A stretch of 64,000 nt of DNA, taken from the IMG/VR virus record IMGVR_UViG_3300044633_000115, positions 1,728 to 65,727 of that record. The stretch is one strand, 5' to 3'. Numbering within the stretch: the stretch's first letter is position 1; every line of letters begins with the position of its first letter. This DNA comes from a virus (taxonomy: Duplodnaviria > Caudoviricetes). The notes under the pieces are model-generated. The model did not search any database, was not told the origin of the DNA, and worked only from the letters and a program-made list of their open reading frames with translations. Below, in pieces: positions 9,752 through 18,944 of the stretch. The position numbers were made by a program, and so were the translations under genes.

Positions 9752-9924
9752 TGGCTGAAAAATGGATACAAAAAGCGATAAAGAAGCCCGGCGCTCTGCG
9801 CTCCGCTCTTGGTGCGAAAGAGGGCAAGCCGATTCCCGCCGCGAAACTCGCCAAAGCAGCCAAAGCCCCCGGCAAGATGGGTCAGCGTGCCCGTCTAGCC
9901 CAAACCCTCAAGAAGATGAAGTGA
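9751..9924 (+). CDS. Small basic protein (57 aa, missing from ORF track)
   Basis: TAATG-coupled; MAEKWIQKAIKKPGALRSALGAKEGKPIPAAKLAKAAKAPGKMGQRARLAQTLKKMK fills the gap to the next gene. Confidence 0.8.
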   Translation: MAEKWIQKAIKKPGALRSALGAKEGKPIPAAKLAKAAKAPGKMGQRARLAQTLKKMK

Positions 9925-9925
9925 C

Positions 9926-10858
9926 ATGGCGTATACCTCTGGAAGCACATCGTTCAACCTTGACCTCTCCGAGTTAGTCGAAGAGGCGTTTGAGCGCGCG
10001 GGTTCAGAGTTACGTACTGGCTACGACCTGCGTACAGCACGGCGTTCGTTGAACCTGATGTTTGCTGAGTGGGCAAATCGTGGCATCAACATGTGGACGT
10101 TCGAGCAAGGTACGATTACCTTGACCGAGGGTTTACCCACATACGCACTACCGCTCGATACAGTGGATTTGTTAGACCATGTGATTCGTACACAGGCAAA
10201 TGTGACGGCTACTCAGGCTGACCTGACCATTACGCGTATCAGCGTTTCTACTTACGCCACGTTGCCAAACAAACTGCAACAGGCGCGTCCCATTCAAGTT
10301 TGGGTGCAAAGGTTGGATGGTCAGACCTCACCTACCAGTTCCACGCTTAATGGTGCGATAACCTCTACAACAGCCACTACGATTACTTTAAACACAACTG
10401 TAGGGCTACCCTCTACTGGGTTTATTAAAGTCGATGCTGAAACGATTTGGTATGGCTACATCGATGGCAATACCCTTGGCAACTGTTTCAGAGGACAGAA
10501 CAACACAACAGCGACAACCCACACCACGGGTACAGCCGTTTACTTGCAGAATTTACCTTCCATCACTGTGTGGCCTACTCCTGACGGGTCGCAGACTTAT
10601 CAGTTCGTGTACTGGCGCATGCGCCGCACACAAGACGCTGGCGGTGGTGTGAATGTTATGGATGTGCCATTCCGCTTTGTGCCATGTATGGCGGCGGGTT
10701 TGGCGTATCACGTCGCTCTCAAAGTGCCCGGCGGCCTAGAGCGCATACAACTTTTGAAAGCCCAGTACGACGAAGCATGGATGGTCGCCGCTGACGAAGA
10801 CCAAGAACGTGCGGCAATACGCCTTGTCCCAAGGCAGATGTTTATTGGGGGTACGTAA
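9926..10858 (+). CDS. Head-tail adaptor/connector protein with an inserted Thr-rich beta domain
   Basis: ELVEEAFER...ARRSLNLMFAEWANRG, VWPTPD, VPFRFVPCMAAGLAY; insert TLNGAI...CFRGQNNTTATTH. Confidence 0.65.
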   Translation: MAYTSGSTSFNLDLSELVEEAFERAGSELRTGYDLRTARRSLNLMFAEWANRGINMWTFEQGTITLTEGLPTYALPLDTVDLLDHVIRTQANVTATQADLTITRISVSTYATLPNKLQQARPIQVWVQRLDGQTSPTSSTLNGAITSTTATTITLNTTVGLPSTGFIKVDAETIWYGYIDGNTLGNCFRGQNNTTATTHTTGTAVYLQNLPSITVWPTPDGSQTYQFVYWRMRRTQDAGGGVNVMDVPFRFVPCMAAGLAYHVALKVPGGLERIQLLKAQYDEAWMVAADEDQERAAIRLVPRQMFIGGT

Positions 10859-11247
10859 TGGGTAATCGGTTTGCATCGGGTAAGAATTCGATTGCGGAAT
10901 GCGACCGATGCGGGTTTCGTTTCAAGTTGACCAAACTGAGGCGTGAGGTCGTAAAGACCAAGAACTATGAATTGCTTGTATGTGGCCCCTGTTGGGACCC
11001 AGACCAGCCCCAACTCCAGTTGGGCATGTACCCAGTCGATGACCCACAAGGTGTTCGCAATCCACGTCCTGACAGAAGCTACCAAATTTCTGGCTTGGAT
11101 GTGGAGGGGTATCTTGGTGGTGGTAGCAGAATTTTCCAATGGGGCTGGAACCCAGTAGGTGGGGCAAGCAGTTTTGATGCGGCGTTGACACCAAATAATT
11201 TGAATTTGGTTGTACAACTTGGTACAGTTACGGTAGCAACAACTTAG
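10858..11247 (+). CDS. Zn-binding (CxxC...CxxC) morphogenesis-module protein
   Basis: CDRCGF...VCGPCWDPDQPQL...RNPRPD. Confidence 0.7.
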   Translation: MGNRFASGKNSIAECDRCGFRFKLTKLRREVVKTKNYELLVCGPCWDPDQPQLQLGMYPVDDPQGVRNPRPDRSYQISGLDVEGYLGGGSRIFQWGWNPVGGASSFDAALTPNNLNLVVQLGTVTVATT

Positions 11248-11256
11248 GAGTTGAAA

Positions 11257-11436
11257 ATGGACAAGAAAGACTTAAAGCAAGACAAGAAAATGATCGCAGG
11301 TGCCGTGCACAAGCACGAGAAGAAACTGCACCCCGGCAAGCCCATGACCAAATTAAAAAAGGGTGGCCCCACTTCTGAAGACCGTATGAATCAAGGACGT
11401 AACATGTCCCGCGCTAACAACCAAAGAGGTCGTTAA
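11257..11436 (+). CDS. Small basic protein
   Basis: SD AGGAG; VHKHEKKLHPGKPMTKLKKGG. Confidence 0.7.
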   Translation: MDKKDLKQDKKMIAGAVHKHEKKLHPGKPMTKLKKGGPTSEDRMNQGRNMSRANNQRGR

Positions 11437-11437
11437 T

Positions 11438-11695
11438 ATGGCTAAATTCAGCATGAAAAAAATGGGTAAAGAAGTTGGTTCTGCCAGCGTCTATGCCAAG
11501 CCACACGATATGTCTGGCAAAGAAACTAAAGCCGTAGTTCCAACTGAGACTGGCGCTAAACGCATGACAGAGATGAATCCATCTATTGGCGGTATCAGCA
11601 AAGGTAACTACCCACCCACTAAGACTAGCGGTATCAAAATTCGTGGTACTGGCGCGGCTACTAAAGGCGTTATGGCTAGAGGACCGATGGCGTGA
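11438..11695 (+). CDS. Small basic protein
   Basis: K-rich; KTSGIKIRGTGAATKGVMARGPMA. Confidence 0.75.
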   Translation: MAKFSMKKMGKEVGSASVYAKPHDMSGKETKAVVPTETGAKRMTEMNPSIGGISKGNYPPTKTSGIKIRGTGAATKGVMARGPMA

Positions 11696-12399
11696 CCTAT
11701 ACGGAGTTAGTAACAGCGATTCAGACGTATACAGAAAATACGTTTCCCGCCACCACCTTGGCGGATAGCACAGTTGTGTCTTCAACGACGCAAATAAATC
11801 GCTTTATTACTCAGGCTGAACAGCGTATATACAACTCTGTTCAGTTTCCATCGTTGCGTAAAAACGTGACGGGTAGCGTGACTACCAGCAATAAGTACTT
11901 GTCTTGCCCAGAGGATTTTCTGTCCACTTACTCTTTGGCTGTGATTGACGCCAGCGGTAACTACGAGTACTTGCTAAACAAAGATGTGAACTTCATCCGT
12001 CAGGCGTATCCAAATCCAACAACTGATACAGGTATCCCCAAGTACTACGCGTTGTTTGGCCCGACTGTTAACACCAGCACAATTACCAATGAACTCTCTT
12101 TCATTGTTGGTCCAACACCTGATGCGTCCTACTCTGTAGAACTGCATTACTTTTTCTACCCCGAATCAATCACTGTCACAGCCTCTGGACATACATGGCT
12201 GGGAGACAACTTTGATACTGTATTGCTTTATGGAAGTTTAGTAGAAGCGTATTTGTACATGAAAGGTGAAGCCGACGTAATGGGGTTCTACGAACTCAAG
12301 TACAAAGAAGCACTAGCTTTAGCCAAGCGTTTGGGTGACGGACTCGAAAGAGGCGACGCATACCGCGATGGACAAACAAAAATTAAGGTTACAACGTGA
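11692..12399 (+). CDS. Tail/head-completion (gatekeeper-like) protein
   Basis: MTYTELVTAIQTY, FITQAEQRI, GIPKYYA, VGPTPD..Y..ELHY, LLYGSLVEAY pattern. Confidence 0.65.
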   Translation: MTYTELVTAIQTYTENTFPATTLADSTVVSSTTQINRFITQAEQRIYNSVQFPSLRKNVTGSVTTSNKYLSCPEDFLSTYSLAVIDASGNYEYLLNKDVNFIRQAYPNPTTDTGIPKYYALFGPTVNTSTITNELSFIVGPTPDASYSVELHYFFYPESITVTASGHTWLGDNFDTVLLYGSLVEAYLYMKGEADVMGFYELKYKEALALAKRLGDGLERGDAYRDGQTKIKVTT

Positions 12400-12905
12400 T
12401 ACCAAATACACGCAAAGAAGCATTAGCTGGTGGGTACAAACGGTACTCTACCGGTGTTGCTTGCGTGCATGGACATATTACTGAACGCCGCGCCCTTACT
12501 GGTGAGTGCCTTGCTTGCAGAGCCGCGCATCTTGTTGAGTGGCGTAAAAGAAACCCCACCAAAGTAAAACAGCACAACGCTACGCAATACGAAAACCATA
12601 CACAAAAAATTAAAGATAATGTAAGAAAATGGGAAAAAAATAACCCCGTAAAAATACTTGCGCACACAAGGCAACAACAAACAAAAAGACTTATGCGTTA
12701 TCCAAAATGGATTACTGCCGATGACCGCTGGATGATTGAGCAGGCTTATGAATTAGCCGCTTTACGCACAAAAATATTTGGTTTTTCTTGGCATGTCGAT
12801 CACATTGCCCCGCTACAAGGTAAAACTGTTTCCGGCCTACATGTGCCAACAAACTTGCAAGTAATCCCCGCCGTAGATAATATACGAAAGGGAAATCGGG
12901 TATGA
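12396..12905 (+). mobile_element. Free-standing HNH homing endonuclease
   Basis: N-terminal CxxGH..CxxC finger; WHVDHIAPLQG..VSGLHVPTNLQVI...N..K.N HNH motif; AT-richer; overlaps both neighbours by 4 nt. Confidence 0.85.
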
Positions 12906-13339
12906 GTTTCACAGGTAACTGGACAACCAATACGTTCTTAGTTGGCTTGCTTGATGGCACGTTTGATTTTGGTACGGGTACAACTCAGACTTTCAAGATT
13001 GCTCTGTATACCAACGCAGCCACACTAAACCAAGACACAACTGCTTACACAAGCACGGGTGAAGCGTCTGGTGGTAACTACGCGGCAGGGGGACAGGTTC
13101 TGGCTATCTCCCAAGTTCCAACTACTGGTAACTCTGGTTCTACAGCCTATATATCTTTTACAAACGCAGCATGGACTGGCGCAATCACCGCAAGAGGTGC
13201 GTTGATTTACTTGGCTAATGGCACGACTAACCCGTCAGTTTGCGTACTAGATTTTGGTGCAGATAAGACCTCAACTACTACATTCACCGTACAATTCCCA
13301 GCAGTCACTAATACGTCTGCAATCATCCGACTCTCATAG
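12902..13339 (+). CDS. Virion tail protein (putative)
   Basis: FKIALYT, Y..GG..L, ITARGALIY, VLDFGADK motifs. Confidence 0.7.
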   Translation: MSFTGNWTTNTFLVGLLDGTFDFGTGTTQTFKIALYTNAATLNQDTTAYTSTGEASGGNYAAGGQVLAISQVPTTGNSGSTAYISFTNAAWTGAITARGALIYLANGTTNPSVCVLDFGADKTSTTTFTVQFPAVTNTSAIIRLS

Positions 13340-13347
13340 GAGCACAT

Positions 13348-13947
13348 ATGCACAAAGAACAATCCGGTTTTGGCGATAACGCCGTAGCCACACTGCAAGC
13401 TAACGCATCCATCCCAGAAGGTATGGGCATTGATGGTCAGTACCATGTTGTCTGCCGTGACGCTGAAGGCAACCTCAAATGGGAAGATGAATTTCCTAAC
13501 TTGGTCGTAGCCGTTGGTAAGCAGTTACTGCTTGATACACTCCTACGCACATCTGGCACATACACCACAGTTGGTCCGTTCTTAGGTCTAATTAACAACA
13601 GCACCACGTATGCAGCCGCAGACACCATGACTTCTAAGACATGGACTGAGTTGACTACCTACACCGTGGGCGGTTCAGCAGTTCGCGGTACGGCAGTATT
13701 CGCAGCGGCTTCCTCATCTGGTACGACCCCATCAAACGTCACTACGTCAACGGCTACGGCTATCACCTACACAATGACAGGTTCTGCTACTGTGTATGGA
13801 TGTTTCTTGGTGACAGGTACTGGCGCGGTCAGCACAATCTCTAGCACTGCGGGTACTTTGTACTCAGAAGGAAACTTCAGCACTGCCAAGACTGTTACAT
13901 CTGGCGACACCGTAACTGTTACATATTCGACTACTGCGACTTCTTAA
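13348..13947 (+). CDS. Virion tail protein (putative)
   Basis: KWEDEFPNLVVAVG, Thr/Ser-rich, GTLYS..F..KTVTSGDT. Confidence 0.65.
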   Translation: MHKEQSGFGDNAVATLQANASIPEGMGIDGQYHVVCRDAEGNLKWEDEFPNLVVAVGKQLLLDTLLRTSGTYTTVGPFLGLINNSTTYAAADTMTSKTWTELTTYTVGGSAVRGTAVFAAASSSGTTPSNVTTSTATAITYTMTGSATVYGCFLVTGTGAVSTISSTAGTLYSEGNFSTAKTVTSGDTVTVTYSTTATS

Positions 13948-13957
13948 GGAGTCTTAA

Positions 13958-15001
13958 ATGGCTCTAGCCCTCAATGACCGTGTCCAGCAAACAGGTTCTG
14001 CAAACACCACGGTAAGTTTTACCTTATCTGGCTCTGTCACGGGCTTCCAATCGTTCGCCGTCGTTGGCAACGGGAATACGACTTACTATTCTTCCTTTGA
14101 TGCTACGGGCAACTGGGAAGTGGGTATTGGCACGTACGCAACTTCTGGCCCCACGCTCACGCGCACAACCATTCTGGCATCCAGTAACTCTGGAACAGCG
14201 GTTACGTTCAGCGGCACAGTCAATGTCTTTGTAACCTATCCATCTAGCAAGTCCGTTAACCTAGACGCATCTGGTAATGTCAGTGCGTTGGGTACTGTGT
14301 CTTCTGGTACTTGGCAAGGTACAACTGTAGGCGTGGCTTATGGTGGCACCGGCGTGACTTCGTCTTCTGGCGCTAACTCAGTGATGTTGAGAGATGCTAA
14401 CCAGAACGTATCCATCAACCGTTTAAACCAATCCAACACAGCGACATCAGCGGCGGGCGGTACAACAGCCCTGACTGCGGCTTCTAGTTATTCACAGACA
14501 TTGAACGGCACGGGCAACCAGACCTACACAATGCCTGATGCGACTACCCTGACTACAGGCGTAGCGTTTGAGTTCAACAACAATGCAACTGGCACACTGA
14601 CTCTCCAAGACTATGCGACTGGTGCTATTGGCACGGTTGCCTCTGGTGGTGCGGTTGAGCTTGTATTGTTGGCTAACGGCACGGTTGGCGGAACATGGGA
14701 CGTACACGGATACATTCCAGAGAACATAACTTGGGGCACTAACGCACTAAACCTTGGCTCTACGGTCATCACGGGTGGCACTTGGAACGGCGGGACTATT
14801 GCTAGTAACTATGGCGGTACAGGGCTTACAAGTTACGCCGCTGGTGACATGCTCTATTACACATCTGGCACTGCCCTGTCTAAAGTGGGTATTGGTGCTA
14901 ATGAATATATTTTGACTTCTAACGGCAGTGCGCCAACATGGGCACCAAATGCAAGTGCTTCAGTTGACCAAGCGTACTACCTAGCTTTTATGATGGGATA
15001 A
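13958..15001 (+). CDS. Tail fibre protein
   Basis: MALALNDRV, WEVGIGTY N-domain; repeated GTW.GT.I...YGGTG fibre motifs. Confidence 0.75.
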   Translation: MALALNDRVQQTGSANTTVSFTLSGSVTGFQSFAVVGNGNTTYYSSFDATGNWEVGIGTYATSGPTLTRTTILASSNSGTAVTFSGTVNVFVTYPSSKSVNLDASGNVSALGTVSSGTWQGTTVGVAYGGTGVTSSSGANSVMLRDANQNVSINRLNQSNTATSAAGGTTALTAASSYSQTLNGTGNQTYTMPDATTLTTGVAFEFNNNATGTLTLQDYATGAIGTVASGGAVELVLLANGTVGGTWDVHGYIPENITWGTNALNLGSTVITGGTWNGGTIASNYGGTGLTSYAAGDMLYYTSGTALSKVGIGANEYILTSNGSAPTWAPNASASVDQAYYLAFMMG

Positions 15002-15004
15002 GAA

Positions 15005-15328
15005 ATGGCTACCTACACCAACGTATCGTATGGAGTAAAGAACATAAGCACTGGCGGGTCAACCGTCACTACGGTTTCTTCTGGCACATTGGCTGTAGCC
15101 AGCCTTGTGGTGTCTAACACTTCTACTTCACCCATCACCTGTGATGTCTACATTACCCGTTCGGCAGTTAACTACTATGTGGTAGAGACAGCCACTGTAG
15201 CGGTTGGCGGGTCACTAGAGGTAATCCAAGGCAACAGGATTATTCTGCAAGCAAGCGATGCTTTGGTAGTGGTAGCCAGCGCGTCTTCTTCAGCCGATGC
15301 TTGGGTATCAGGATTGACGGTGGTCTAA
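15005..15328 (+). CDS. Small tail-fibre-associated protein
   Basis: 107 aa beta-rich, V.VGGSLE...IILQASD. Confidence 0.6.
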   Translation: MATYTNVSYGVKNISTGGSTVTTVSSGTLAVASLVVSNTSTSPITCDVYITRSAVNYYVVETATVAVGGSLEVIQGNRIILQASDALVVVASASSSADAWVSGLTVV

Positions 15329-16138
15329 ATGGCAGCAATCGGTAATTCCCCCACACAACAGGCTTTCACCCCAGCCATTGATTACTTCAGTGGTACGGGT
15401 TCTGCCACGGCATTCACGCTGTCTCGCCCAGTCGCGTCTGTGGCGCAGGTGCAGGCGGTAGTCAATAACGTAGCGCAGAACCCCTCGGATGCCTTCACAG
15501 TTAGTGGTAACACCATCACGTTTACCTCTGCTCCATCCAGTGGCACAAACAACATTTATGTTTACTACACAAGCCCAATAACTCAGGTGATTGCACCGGG
15601 TCAGGGTACTGTGACGACTACGTCTTTGACTTCTGGTTTGACACTTACTAGCCCAATAGTGGCAACAACAATCGGAGTGGGAGGGGCTACTCCTTCTACA
15701 AGCGGTGCTGGCATTACTTTTCCCGCAACAGCATCAGCATCAACTAATGCTAATACCCTTGATGATTACGAGGAAGGTACTTTTACTATTACCGTTACGC
15801 CAACAATCGGTTCTTTGACTTCATATACATCTGCTGGAATTTATGTAAAAGTTGGACAAGCCGTAACTGTTAATTTTGGCTTTACGATTGGAACAGTAGG
15901 TACAGCAGGTGGTGGCGCTGTTTTTGCTGGTTTGCCTTTTCAAGGAGCCGTTGCACCAGTAGGAAATCGTTTAGCAATTGGAATGGTTAGAGAAAATGCC
16001 GCAACTGGAAATGTTTACCAGTTTTATATTGACACCAATGCAACTACTGGACTTACTTTAACTCTTACAAATGGCGCTATCCTTTGGGGAAATGGTTATC
16101 AATACGAATACACCATCACTTATCAATCAGCGGCTTAA
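15329..16138 (+). CDS. Tail fibre/receptor-binding protein
   Basis: IGNSP...FSGTGS.TAFTL N-domain; ANTLDDYEEGTFT then variable tip (YVKVG..V, GLPF). Confidence 0.75.
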   Translation: MAAIGNSPTQQAFTPAIDYFSGTGSATAFTLSRPVASVAQVQAVVNNVAQNPSDAFTVSGNTITFTSAPSSGTNNIYVYYTSPITQVIAPGQGTVTTTSLTSGLTLTSPIVATTIGVGGATPSTSGAGITFPATASASTNANTLDDYEEGTFTITVTPTIGSLTSYTSAGIYVKVGQAVTVNFGFTIGTVGTAGGGAVFAGLPFQGAVAPVGNRLAIGMVRENAATGNVYQFYIDTNATTGLTLTLTNGAILWGNGYQYEYTITYQSAA

Positions 16139-16159
16139 CCAAAACCACAAGGAAATAAA

Positions 16160-16408
16160 ATGGCACTTACAGAAACCAAAACAGTAGACCAAATTACAGT
16201 TACTGAAAACGGCACAGTCCTGTACCGTGAGGCAACACGCATCCTAAAAGATGGTGAGCAGATAGCACAGACATACCATCGTACAAGCCTAACACCGGGT
16301 CAAGACTTAACAGGTCAACCAGCCAATGTAGTGGCAATATGTAACGCCGCATGGACAGACGCAGTAGTAACCGCGTACCAAGCACAAGTGGCGGCACAAA
16401 GGATTTAA
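16160..16408 (+). CDS. Tail fibre chaperone/accessory protein
   Basis: 82 aa immediately after a fibre gene; YHR..L.PG.D...V.AIC..AWT. Confidence 0.6.
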   Translation: MALTETKTVDQITVTENGTVLYREATRILKDGEQIAQTYHRTSLTPGQDLTGQPANVVAICNAAWTDAVVTAYQAQVAAQRI

Positions 16409-16409
16409 T

Positions 16410-16898
16410 ATGCCTATTAGTACGATTAGTTCAGCAGGTTTAGCGACTGGGGGTATCGGTCGTTCTAATATGTACACGGGCGCTGTGTTGCAAGTACAGC
16501 AAGGGCTGCTAACAACACAAGTTACAACAACTACAAACAATACTTTTGTAACAACTGGATTAACGGCAAGTATTACTCCAACAAGTTCAACAAGCAAGAT
16601 ATTGGCAACAGTTAGTGGTTCTGGATACACAACTGCGTCTGCTGTGCAAGGTATTTACACTTTATATAAAAATTCAACTAATCTATCAACCTATGGGTTT
16701 ACTTTGATATATGCTTCCGGTGCAAATCTTCAAGGTGGGGTTACATTTTCATATTTAGATTCACCAGCAACTACATCTTCTACTACCTATACACTTTATT
16801 TTACTCTTTCAAACAGCGCAGGGACAGTTTATTTTAATCCTGTAAGTGCTTATGGGCAAGGAACAGCAACAATAATCTTACAGGAGATAGCCGCATGA
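16410..16898 (+). CDS. Short receptor-binding (tip-domain) protein
   Basis: GAVLQV, TGLTASITP.S..SKIL, YLDSPATTS, IILQEIAA; paralog of the C-terminus of 17997..18944. Confidence 0.7.
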   Translation: MPISTISSAGLATGGIGRSNMYTGAVLQVQQGLLTTQVTTTTNNTFVTTGLTASITPTSSTSKILATVSGSGYTTASAVQGIYTLYKNSTNLSTYGFTLIYASGANLQGGVTFSYLDSPATTSSTTYTLYFTLSNSAGTVYFNPVSAYGQGTATIILQEIAA

Positions 16899-17155
16899 CT
16901 AAGCATGACGCAATATACGCAACGCATACAAATGTGGCTACTATCCGTGGCGATGTGGCTTACGACGCAAATGAAAATATTGTTCAATACGACGAAGCAA
17001 CAGTTCAAGCCTACATAGATGCCAACGCATACAAAGAACAAAGAGCCAGAGCCTATCCATCATTTGCTGACCAGTTTGACCTGCTGTATCACGGTGGACT
17101 AGACGCATGGAAAGCCGCTATTGATGCGGTGAAACAGGAGTATCCCAAGCCATGA
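16895..17155 (+). CDS. Tail fibre chaperone-like protein
   Basis: YKEQRARAYPS..DQFD.LYH...WK..I.AVK..YPKP. Confidence 0.65.
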   Translation: MTKHDAIYATHTNVATIRGDVAYDANENIVQYDEATVQAYIDANAYKEQRARAYPSFADQFDLLYHGGLDAWKAAIDAVKQEYPKP

Positions 17156-17994
17156 GTCAGTACTGCACGTACCTAACAACCTACAAGGGGAACAAGATGC
17201 CCCCGTTTTACATTGGTTCGTCCAGTGTGGATAAGGTTGCCTCTGGGTACTGCGGTAGCGTCAAGTCTGCTACCTATGGAGAAACATGGCGGGAAGAGTT
17301 AGAGCAGAACAAAGACCTGTTTGAAACCAAAGTCATATCTATCCATGAGAATAGGGAGGATGCCCTCAAGCGGGAGAACCAACTGCACAAGAAATTGCGT
17401 GTGGTGGCAAACCCCCTGTATATAAACAAGGCTACAGCCGCTGGCACGTTTGGAATCATGGATGAGGCATCTATTGAGAAGATGCGCCAAACCAAGTTGG
17501 CTAACGCCCACATCACAGGCAAAAAGGTTTCCCAGCGCAGGAATGACCCAGTTTGGAAAAGCACGGTAGGCGCAGTTGCCAACCAAAGACTAAAACAGAC
17601 TAAAAACGACCCTGCGTGGATAGCCACTATGGGCGCACAGCGGAACAAAAAGAACTCCGAGACTGTTAACAGCCCAGAATGGAAAGCAACCATTGGAGCG
17701 GAGCGGTCACGCAAAATATCAGAGGCGGTACTGGCAACGCACTTGGCTCCAGATTACGAGCAGAAAAACAAGCAGCGGTTAGAGAATCTAAAGAAGACTG
17801 TATCCGACCCTGTGTGGAAGGCTACGGTACACGCCACTGCAAACGTCAAGCGTAGTGAGTCAGTTTCCCGCATAAAGTCAGACCCAGAGTGGAAAGCAAA
17901 GCATTACAAGACCTGTTGCCACTGCGATAATCTGTATGCTCCGAACGTTCTTGCTAGGCATGAGCGTAAATGTAAAACCATTACGAAAGACTAA
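17152..17994 (+). mobile_element. Free-standing GIY-YIG (Seg-like) homing endonuclease with C-terminal repeats
   Basis: YCTYLTTY...FYIGSS...Y.GS...A...E...YIN catalytic domain; repeated (D/S)P.WK.T units; C-terminal C.HC..H...C finger. Confidence 0.8.
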
Positions 17995-17996
17995 CC

Positions 17997-18944
17997 GTGT
18001 CATACATAGGCAATAGTCCGATTTCAGCGGCATTTTTAACCGATACATTCAGCGGTACGGGTAGCCAAACTGCCTTTACTATGACTGTCGCGCCAGCCAA
18101 TACTTCGTCCATCATTGTGGCGGTAACGGGCGTATTGCAGTCTCCAGATACCTATTCTGTATCAGGCACAACCCTGACCTTCTCTGCCGCGCCACCAAGC
18201 GGTACAAGCAACATCAGCGTCAGATACCTTGGCATCCCAGCAAGCGGAGTAACGACTACAGCCTATAGAACAGTAACGAACTTCACAGCGACAGCGGGGC
18301 AGACATCATTCAGTGTGCCCTCTTATACCGTTGGCTACATTGATGTGTACAGAAACGGGGTACGCCTTGTATCTACAGACTACACAGCCACTACGGGAAC
18401 GACAGTAGTTCTAGCCAACGCCTGCACGGTGGGAGACAGCGTAGTCACAGAGAGCTTCCTTGTCAGTTCGGTGTTGAATGCTATTCCTGCTACGAATGCG
18501 TCTATCAATTCAAGTTATTTGGCATCTGGTGTGGCAAGAGCTAACTGGGGCGCTGGCGGTATTTTGCAGGTGGTGCAAGGTACGTATGCTACTGAAACGT
18601 CTTTTACTTCTACAAGTTTTATTGCAACAAATTTAACCGCATCCATTACTCCTGCATCTTCCACCAATAAAGTTTTGGTTAGTGCCGTACTCCCATTGCA
18701 GTCAGGTTCTTCTGGGATTATTACTTACTCTCTTTATAGGGGGGCGACAAATTTAAATAGTGCTGGATTTGGTCGTTGGTATACGGCTAGTGCTGATACA
18801 AATGCGGTTATGCTTTATTTAGATTCACCATCTACAACCAGCGCAACTAGTTATTCTGTATATATAAAAACAAGTGCCTCTACTGCTTACTACTGCATTA
18901 ACAATGAAACCGCAACAATAATTTTGCAGGAGATAGCAGCATGA
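17997..18944 (+). CDS. Tail fibre/receptor-binding protein
   Basis: MSYIGNSP..FSGTGSQTAF; TATAGQTSF..Y..G.IDVY.NGV.L; tip ending YLDSP...IILQEIAA. Confidence 0.75.
   Translation: MSYIGNSPISAAFLTDTFSGTGSQTAFTMTVAPANTSSIIVAVTGVLQSPDTYSVSGTTLTFSAAPPSGTSNISVRYLGIPASGVTTTAYRTVTNFTATAGQTSFSVPSYTVGYIDVYRNGVRLVSTDYTATTGTTVVLANACTVGDSVVTESFLVSSVLNAIPATNASINSSYLASGVARANWGAGGILQVVQGTYATETSFTSTSFIATNLTASITPASSTNKVLVSAVLPLQSGSSGIITYSLYRGATNLNSAGFGRWYTASADTNAVMLYLDSPSTTSATSYSVYIKTSASTAYYCINNETATIILQEIAA

Noticed and set aside
9762-9977. 71-aa ORF from the track
   Set aside because: The alternative frame 9751..9924 is translationally coupled and fits the neighbouring basic proteins better.
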